DNA of 64,000 nt from Sphingobacteriales bacterium. Its GTDB lineage: Bacteria; Bacteroidota; Bacteroidia; Chitinophagales; Chitinophagaceae. Made by a program: the position numbers and the translations under genes. Location of the stretch: NCBI GenBank assembly GCA_004144185.1, contig SEFP01000004.1, forward strand, positions 198,746 through 262,745, in the 5' to 3' direction. The stretch's first letter is position 1. Each line of letters opens with the position of its first letter. Positions 58,026 through 64,000 of this stretch are shown piece by piece. A model generated the notes under the pieces. That model ran no database searches, was not told where the DNA came from, and saw only the letters and a program-made list of their open reading frames with translations.

Positions 58026-59696
58026 ATGTCGCTTAGCCAACTGCTTCGTAAAAAGCCACTCACAGTTGTTCTGGAAGATCCGGATTCTCACCATCCGGAA
58101 GGAGGCGCACCGAAGCTCAACGCGGTTCTGGGCGTTCGCGATCTTACGTTTTTTGCCATTGCCGCGATTGTAGGCGCCGGTATCTTCAGTACGATCGGTA
58201 AAGCGTCGTTCGACGGCGGACCGGGCATTGTGTTCCTGTTTTTATTCGTGGCAGTGGCCTGTGGGTTTTCGGCGCTGTGCTATGCCGAGTTTGCCTCGCT
58301 GGTGCCGGTTTCCGGAAGTGCTTACACCTATAGTTATGTCGTGTTCGGGGAAATCTTTGCCTGGATGATCGGCTGGGATCTGCTCATGGAATACGCGATT
58401 GGCAATATTGCCGTCGCGATTTCCTGGAGCGACTATTGTACCTCGCTGCTCGATGGATTTGGACTGCACATTCCGGCCTGGCTGCAAATGGACTACTGGA
58501 CGGCTCAGGCCAGTACCACCGAACTTGCCAAATCGGCCTGGACGACGGCTCCGCAACTGGGCAACCTGCGTATTATCTGCGACCTGCCTGCATTCCTGAT
58601 TACGGCTGTAATTACGGCCGTTGTATATGTCGGCATTCAGGAGTCGCGCCGTACGGCCAACGCCATGGTTATTTTAAAGCTGCTGGTGATCGGACTGGTG
58701 ATTGTTGCCGGCGCCTTTTATGTACAACCGGCCAACTGGCATCCGTTTTTGCCTAATGGGATGAGTGGAGTGCTTAAAGGAACCGCGGCTGTTTTCTTTG
58801 CCTATATCGGCTTTGACGCCATCTCTACCACGGCCGAAGAATGCCGCAATCCGCAACGGGATCTGCCACGGGCCATGATGTATTCGTTGGTGATCTGTAC
58901 CATCATTTATGTGCTGATTGCGTTGGTGCTGACTGGTATGGTCTCGTACACCACTCTGGATGTGGGCGATCCGCTGGCAGCCGTCTTTGCACAGGTCGGA
59001 CAGCCCTGGATTGCCGGTATTATTGCGGCCAGTGCCGTGATTGCCACTGCATCGGTGTTGCTGGTGTTCCAGCTGGGACAGCCCCGGATCTGGATGGCGA
59101 TGAGCCGCGATGGATTGTTGCCAAAGAAGTTTTCGGAACTGCATCCGCGCTACAAAACACCTGGGTTCAGTACGATTCTGACCGGATTCGTGGTCGGTAT
59201 TCCGGCCTTATTCCTGAACCTCGAAACGGTGGTAGACCTGACCAGTGTAGGAACCTTATTTGCGTTTGTGCTGGTCTGTGCCGGTGTCATCAAAATGCAC
59301 GCCGACCGCCTTAAAACTCCCTCTGAAAAAGCCGGTCGGTTCCGGGTACCGTATGTCAACGGCAAATGGGTGGTGCCCGTACTCGTGATCGGCACCCTCG
59401 GCAGCTTCCTGTATCTCCGGTCTGCGGAGCTGCCCCAATTGCTGAAGCTGAACCGGGAAACGATTCCGTATGTTGCTTTTACGGTGTTGCTGGTATTTGT
59501 AGCGATTAAATCGTTTCTGTCCAACTGGAGTCTGATTCCGGTGCTGGGATTGCTCAGTTGCTCGTACCTGCTCTGTGAATCCGGAACCTCCAACTGGGAG
59601 CGTTTTCTGCTCTGGCTGCTGATTGGTCTGGTGGTGTATTTTGGATACAGCAAGCGCAACAGCAAGCTGGCCGATAAAGCGCTTTCCGGAAATTAG
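58026..59696 (+). CDS. APC-superfamily amino-acid permease (cationic amino-acid transporter-like)
   Basis: About 556 aa with 12-14 TM segments. The motif GAGIFSTIG... is typical of APC/CAT transporters. Confidence 0.85.
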   Translation: MSLSQLLRKKPLTVVLEDPDSHHPEGGAPKLNAVLGVRDLTFFAIAAIVGAGIFSTIGKASFDGGPGIVFLFLFVAVACGFSALCYAEFASLVPVSGSAYTYSYVVFGEIFAWMIGWDLLMEYAIGNIAVAISWSDYCTSLLDGFGLHIPAWLQMDYWTAQASTTELAKSAWTTAPQLGNLRIICDLPAFLITAVITAVVYVGIQESRRTANAMVILKLLVIGLVIVAGAFYVQPANWHPFLPNGMSGVLKGTAAVFFAYIGFDAISTTAEECRNPQRDLPRAMMYSLVICTIIYVLIALVLTGMVSYTTLDVGDPLAAVFAQVGQPWIAGIIAASAVIATASVLLVFQLGQPRIWMAMSRDGLLPKKFSELHPRYKTPGFSTILTGFVVGIPALFLNLETVVDLTSVGTLFAFVLVCAGVIKMHADRLKTPSEKAGRFRVPYVNGKWVVPVLVIGTLGSFLYLRSAELPQLLKLNRETIPYVAFTVLLVFVAIKSFLSNWSLIPVLGLLSCSYLLCESGTSNWERFLLWLLIGLVVYFGYSKRNSKLADKALSGN

Positions 59697-59852
59697 GTTT
59701 TTGTAGATTCGCTTACTAGCTTAAACTGTGCAAGCAACTGTTTTTGTACAGGCGACCGTCATTCCGACTGTGAGGGAGAAATCTCCCGTAAACTGAGGGC
59801 ACCCTTATAGAGAGGAAGCAAGCCTTCCGGCAAATTCCGGAATACACCAACT

Positions 59853-59887
59853 AAAACATCCGCAGCCCTTTGCAAGGTGCGGATGTT
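59853..59887 (-). terminator. Stem-loop downstream of the acidic protein gene
   Basis: 10-bp stem AACATCCGCA/TGCGGATGTT with an inner CCTT/AAGG pairing. On the minus strand it is followed by TTTT. Confidence 0.55.
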
Positions 59888-59910
59888 CCGGAATCTTCAA
59901 AAGCAGGTTA

Positions 59911-60450
59911 TCAGACTGCCTGGGAATCTTCTTCAGAACGACGGTCGTTGTTATCGTCGAGGCTGTAGTAGTTGTTTTCTTCGTCTTCGGCACCAATGTT
60001 TTCGGCCATGTCATCAGCTTCGGAACCGGGTACCACCAGGTCATCACCGATAAAGCCTTCCCGGCCGGCTGCTTCGTTGAGCGGGTCGCCGTCGTCATCG
60101 GTTTCGTCCAGATGTGCCCGGAGGGGAGCCTGTTCGTCGTCGCTCCGGTCAATGCCGCGTTCGGCATCGTCCAGCAGCATTTTTTCTTCGTCTGATACAT
60201 CTGCTTCCGTATCGCCGGCAATCACCTCTTCCGGAACAGCAGACGGCTTTTCCAGTGAATCCTGCTCAGCCAGTACCGGGTTGCCGGCCTGGGCATCGGG
60301 GCGGTCTACGGCTTCTTCACCATTGGCGCGTCCGTCCCGGACTTTTTCAAAACCGTTGTTTTGACTGGTGATATCCTGTGCGGCAGGGTAGTGCGGATAG
60401 CCGGGAAAATCGTTGTCTTGAGTTGCTTTGCTTTTATCGGGTGTGTTCAT
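59911..60450 (-). CDS. Highly acidic hypothetical protein
   Basis: 179 aa, Asp/Glu-rich and low-complexity. The family is not recognised. Confidence 0.5.
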   Translation of the reverse strand: MNTPDKSKATQDNDFPGYPHYPAAQDITSQNNGFEKVRDGRANGEEAVDRPDAQAGNPVLAEQDSLEKPSAVPEEVIAGDTEADVSDEEKMLLDDAERGIDRSDDEQAPLRAHLDETDDDGDPLNEAAGREGFIGDDLVVPGSEADDMAENIGAEDEENNYYSLDDNNDRRSEEDSQAV

Positions 60451-60463
60451 GATAGGAGTAGGT

Positions 60464-60471
60464 TAGCTTTG
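60464..60471 (+). promoter_or_regulatory. Candidate -7 box (TAGCTTTG)
   Basis: Matches TAnnTTTG and ends 19 nt upstream of the GTG at 60491. Confidence 0.35.
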
Positions 60472-60490
60472 CTTAAACCTTGTAAAATCC

Positions 60491-61186
60491 GTGCCGCTTT
60501 CGTTTGTCACCTTTCATGTACTGCAGTATGCAGAGGGCCATCGCTGGTCGGGCTTTCAGCGGTTTGCGCTGTTTCAGCGAAAAGCCAAATCCATTCCCGG
60601 ACTGCGCTTTGGAAAAGTGATGGGTTGCGGTCGGGGATCGGTATTTTCCGTAAAACCCGACTGGAGCCGGTACGCATTTTTATTTGACTGGGAGACTCCG
60701 GAGGCAGCGCAGGCATTTTTTGCTTCTTCAGATTGGAAGCGGTTGCAGGGTGGCGTTGAGCAGGAACGGCACTGGCAACTGACAGCCATTCATGCCAAAG
60801 GATTGTGGGATGGACAGCCTCGGTTTGAAAGCGACCCAAAGGCCGTTGTTCCGGAAACTGTAACGCAACTGGCGGTGATTACCCGGGCGGATCTGAAGCC
60901 CTGGCGGTTGCGTTCGTTTGGAGACGCGGCCCGAAAGGCTACAGCTGCACTGGAAAAATATCCCGGTGTTCAGTACACCTTGGGCATGGGAGAGCTGCCG
61001 TTTGTGCGGCAGGCAACGTTTTCAGTCTGGGACAGCGAAACGATTATGAAAGCCTATGCCTACCGGGATGAAGACCATAAAGCGGCGATGAAAGGCAAGA
61101 AAACGCATGGCTGGTACGGCGAAGAACTGTATGCGCGGTTTGCTGTGAACCGGTACAGTGAGGAACGTGTAGACGGGTTGTTTTAA
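60491..61186 (+). CDS. CrtA (spheroidene monooxygenase)-like protein
   Basis: The N-terminal pattern LSFVTFHV...RWSGFQRFALFQ...IPGLRFGKVMGCG.G..F...PDWSRYAFLFDW and GLWDGQPRF resemble CrtA-family proteins from memory. The start is GTG. Confidence 0.5.
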   Translation: MPLSFVTFHVLQYAEGHRWSGFQRFALFQRKAKSIPGLRFGKVMGCGRGSVFSVKPDWSRYAFLFDWETPEAAQAFFASSDWKRLQGGVEQERHWQLTAIHAKGLWDGQPRFESDPKAVVPETVTQLAVITRADLKPWRLRSFGDAARKATAALEKYPGVQYTLGMGELPFVRQATFSVWDSETIMKAYAYRDEDHKAAMKGKKTHGWYGEELYARFAVNRYSEERVDGLF

Positions 61187-61301
61187 ACACAAAAACAGTC
61201 GAGCCTTCCGATTTTGATCTGTAGTATTTATTATGTAAATAAAAGAGTGCCTTTATTTGGCGTTATTCAAGTAAGAATGGCTAACCACTAATCAACAAAA
61301 A

Positions 61302-61324
61302 AGCCTGTTCAATTGGAACAGGCT
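61302..61324 (-). terminator. Rho-independent terminator after the Mqn radical-SAM gene
   Basis: 9-bp stem AGCCTGTTC/GAACAGGCT with loop AATTG. On the minus strand it is followed by TTTTTT. Confidence 0.75.
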
Positions 61325-61349
61325 TCTCACTTAAGTACTAAAACTAGTA

Positions 61350-62501
61350 TCAGGCGACTACTTCATCCGGCTCGAATACGTGCAGCTCGTTGTAGACCGT
61401 ATCGCGCTCGACCGGTACTTTACCGGCTGCAAAAATCAGATCGCAGAGTTGTTCGGTGCTCAGGCTGGGGGATTGCTCCTCTGCACCGGCCATGCTATAG
61501 ATCTTGGTCGTATCGTCGATGGTTCCGTCGAGATCGTTCACGCCAAAGTCGAGCGAGAGCTGTGCTGTCTGCCGTCCCAGCATCGGCCAGTATGCCTTTA
61601 CATTCCGGAAGTTGTCCAGGAAGATGCGAGCGATCGCGTACGTTCTTAGATCTTCTACCGTGGTGGATTCCGGCACATGACTCATATCGTTATCGCCATT
61701 CCGGAACTTCAGTGGAATAAAGCAGTTAAAGCCACCGGTTTCGTCCTGTAAATCCCGGAGCCGCGCCATATGATCTACACGGTGTGCATAGGTTTCGATA
61801 TGACCATAAAGCATAGTAGCGTTGGTGTGCATACCCAGTTTATGAGCCGTACCGTGAATGTCCAGCCAGCCTGCACCATCTACTTTATCCGCACAAATCT
61901 GTTCGCGGACCTCGGGATGAAAAATTTCGGCACCGCCACCAGGAAGCGATTGCAGGCCTGCATCCCGTAGTTTCCGGAGCCCTTCCTCGCGGGTCAGGTG
62001 CGCTTTCCGGAACATATAGTCCAGCTCGACCGCTGTAAAGCCTTTCAGGTGCAGCTCCGGACGATGGGCATGGATCTTCTGCAACAGCTCGCAGAAGAAT
62101 TCCAGATTCATTTTCGGGTGCACGCCGCCTACAATATGCACTTCTGTAACCGGCTTGTTGTCGAAGCTGCGCACGATATCAAGCATCTGTTCCAATCCCA
62201 GTTCCCAACCGTCGTCCCGGTGTTTATACTGCCGTGAGTACGAGCAAAAGTTGCAGGTATAAATACAGACGTTGGTAGGCTCAATATGGAAATTGCGGTT
62301 GAAATACACCTTGTTTCCGTGAAGCCGTTGACGGATGCCATCGGCCAGTGCCCCTACAAAACCGAGAGAACCTTTTTCAAACAGTAACAAACCTTCGGCT
62401 TCGGTGATCCGCTCTTGCCGGGCTACTTTTTCTACGATCGGCCGCAATTCGGGCAGGGCACTTTCCAGTAAAACGTCAAACGACGCATCGGGTGATTGCA
62501 T
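61350..62501 (-). CDS. Futalosine-pathway radical-SAM enzyme (MqnE/MqnC, CofH-like; probably aminofutalosine synthase)
   Basis: CIYTCNFCSY fits the CxxxCxxC radical-SAM cluster. The N-terminal helical region and length are typical of the MqnE/MqnC family. I cannot separate MqnE from MqnC without a search. Confidence 0.75.
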   Translation of the reverse strand: MQSPDASFDVLLESALPELRPIVEKVARQERITEAEGLLLFEKGSLGFVGALADGIRQRLHGNKVYFNRNFHIEPTNVCIYTCNFCSYSRQYKHRDDGWELGLEQMLDIVRSFDNKPVTEVHIVGGVHPKMNLEFFCELLQKIHAHRPELHLKGFTAVELDYMFRKAHLTREEGLRKLRDAGLQSLPGGGAEIFHPEVREQICADKVDGAGWLDIHGTAHKLGMHTNATMLYGHIETYAHRVDHMARLRDLQDETGGFNCFIPLKFRNGDNDMSHVPESTTVEDLRTYAIARIFLDNFRNVKAYWPMLGRQTAQLSLDFGVNDLDGTIDDTTKIYSMAGAEEQSPSLSTEQLCDLIFAAGKVPVERDTVYNELHVFEPDEVVA

Positions 62502-62512
62502 TTCGGAAGTGA

Positions 62513-63850
62513 TTATCGAACGATGATTTTGTGTGTAAATGCGTTGGTTCCGGAATAGCCTTTGAGGAAATACATGCCTTTTCCAAAGCGTGCCAGATCC
62601 AGCGAACCAGATCCGCCCGGAGCCATCTCATTCAGATGCAATACCTGACGGCCGGTTAAATCCAGTACGGTCAGCTGTTCGAGCTTCTGACGTGTCAGAT
62701 TCTGTAACGTAATGGCTCCGGTTGTCGGATTGGGATGCATCGAAACCAGTGTCCCGGCTTCCGGAACGGAAGCAACGGCCTGGGCCGGTTGTTGAGTAAG
62801 GGAGTAGGAGTTTCCGCCTACGGCAATCTGATTCCGCATCCGGATCACCTGCTGCTTGGTAAACAGCATCATGGCTGCATCGTCCACATAATCCATATAG
62901 TTCATGAACATGATTCCGTTTCCGGAAGGCGAGCAGCCGTCAAAACGCGGAAACGTAGGGCAGCCTGACTGGCAATACGTTGCATCATCCTGTGGAGGTG
63001 TATCGGAGATCCCGTCATCAGGAGTACAACCTGCTGCATCGCCCCAGATATGAGCCAGCTCAAAATAATGTCCGATTTCGTGCGTCAGCGTACGGCCCCC
63101 GTCGATGGTACGAGGATTGAAATACTGACTGGAAAACTCCCGCTTTCCAAAGGCGCCATAGTCGACTACAACTCCCAGATCAGCGCTGGTAAAGGTTTGT
63201 CCTCCGAAGGAGGCCCCTATAAAGGAAGGTGGAATACACAATCCCAGAATGCTTTGGTCGGTTTTGATCACCCAGATATTCAATTGCCTGGCCGGATCCC
63301 AACCATTGAGACCCCCGGAAGCCGTTCGTTTAGCGCCTGCAAACCCGTCATTGCTTGTAAATGCCGAACTGTTGGTGATGATCTTGACTTCGATTCCCGG
63401 TGTGATCGTATTGGCAGACGTTCCGGAAGCCAGCTGAAAACTGATGCCCGTATTGCCGATGACCGGTACAAAAGGAGTCGGCACATTGCCAATATCGCTG
63501 TTGGTAGCCGAGTAATCGGCATTGAGTGAGGCCAGTTGGCTCGTTACCCGGCGGATGATCCCCGTGTCCAGTCCCATTTGCAGGTATTGTCCGGCGCTTA
63601 CCACCACATGAAACACTACCGGAATCGGATTTTGAGCAGCCGTTTTCTGAAGGGCGCCCTGTGCCGCGCGGGCTTCCGCCTGTTGTTGCGCTGCATCCAA
63701 CCGTTCCTGCCGGGCCTGCATAAAGGCAGGGTCAGACGTTGTCAGTTGTTGCAGCAACAAGGTGTTGCCACACCGGTTGGCGGCCGTCTGGGCACCCGAA
63801 CCGGTTGCCAGCAAACTGCCTGCCAAAGCAAGTAGAATCGGAAGTTTCAT
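62513..63850 (-). CDS. M43 (pappalysin-like) zinc metalloprotease with T9SS C-terminal domain
   Basis: HEIGHYFELAHIWGD zinc motif, signal peptide, and C-terminal MHPNPTTGAITLQ...GMYFLKG. Confidence 0.8.
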   Translation of the reverse strand: MKLPILLALAGSLLATGSGAQTAANRCGNTLLLQQLTTSDPAFMQARQERLDAAQQQAEARAAQGALQKTAAQNPIPVVFHVVVSAGQYLQMGLDTGIIRRVTSQLASLNADYSATNSDIGNVPTPFVPVIGNTGISFQLASGTSANTITPGIEVKIITNSSAFTSNDGFAGAKRTASGGLNGWDPARQLNIWVIKTDQSILGLCIPPSFIGASFGGQTFTSADLGVVVDYGAFGKREFSSQYFNPRTIDGGRTLTHEIGHYFELAHIWGDAAGCTPDDGISDTPPQDDATYCQSGCPTFPRFDGCSPSGNGIMFMNYMDYVDDAAMMLFTKQQVIRMRNQIAVGGNSYSLTQQPAQAVASVPEAGTLVSMHPNPTTGAITLQNLTRQKLEQLTVLDLTGRQVLHLNEMAPGGSGSLDLARFGKGMYFLKGYSGTNAFTHKIIVR

Positions 63851-63895
63851 AAAGGCTATTTCCTGAAAATTAAGTTCCGGAACATACTTAAAATG

Positions 63896-64000
63896 TTAAT
63901 TCCGGGTTTTAAGTTCATCCCGGATTTTAATGGCTTTGACATAATCCTCCTGCTCCAGTACCTGTTGCAGGAGTGTTTCCAGATCTTCCTTGCTCATCGA
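63896..64000 (-). CDS. UVR-motif protein (C-terminal fragment, or a 33-aa ORF)
   Basis: Manual translation gives ...MSKEDLETLLQQVLEQEDYVKAIKIRDELKTRN-stop. EDYxKAxxxRDE resembles the UvrB/UvrC (UVR) motif. The frame remains open to the window edge. Confidence 0.35.
   Translation of the reverse strand, partial: SMSKEDLETLLQQVLEQEDYVKAIKIRDELKTRN

Noticed and set aside
1-64000. TTCCGGAA as a transcription-factor regulon site or as the terminal repeat of a mobile element.
   Set aside because: There are far too many copies (about one per 500 bp). Most lie inside ORFs in all three frames, with no associated flanking conserved sequence. That pattern fits a genome-wide mutational or repair or methylation-linked bias, not a regulon or a MITE.

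Overview
This is a densely coding 64-kb chromosomal segment with Bacteroidota hallmarks. Five proteins end in T9SS (Por) C-terminal sorting domains. TAnnTTTG -7 promoter boxes sit upstream of several genes, and bshA, a futalosine-pathway radical-SAM gene, and DUF1573/DUF4476 proteins are present. I support about 55 protein genes and two tRNAs (Arg-CCG, Glu-UUC). I see no rRNA, CRISPR array, transposase or integrase.

Layout:
- 1-9.9 kb: surface-glycan locus (GT2, two GT4, a bi-domain ADH+Gfo/Idh/MocA oxidoreductase, a methyltransferase, rfbA/rfbB).
- 10-27.6 kb: housekeeping genes (accBC, efp, hutI, 2-oxoacid dehydrogenase E1 beta, M1 aminopeptidase, coaE, yajC, nusB, icd).
- 27.9-28.8 kb: RES-Xre toxin-antitoxin pair.
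- 28.9-36.2 kb, at the window centre: a translationally coupled five-gene operon, SWIM zinc finger, DUF5691-like, MoxR-type AAA+, DUF5682-like, VWA. It resembles E. coli yehLMPQ and has no known function.
- 36.5-37.1 kb: a gene interrupted by an in-frame TGA.
- 38.4-44.6 kb: an AT-rich regulatory region, a 1,625-aa T9SS adhesin-like gene and two tRNAs.
- 44.7-64 kb: mixed housekeeping and envelope genes (tpiA, L31, fused E1 alpha/beta, two GT39-like membrane proteins, ftsY, bshA, an APC permease, an Mqn radical-SAM enzyme, an M43 protease).

The most striking sequence-level signal is the palindromic octamer TTCCGGAA. It occurs about 120 times by eye, against about 1 expected by chance. It appears in genes in all three reading frames and in spacers, and it is nearly absent from the roughly 5.8-kb adhesin region.

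All family assignments rest on motif recognition and recall, not on database searches.
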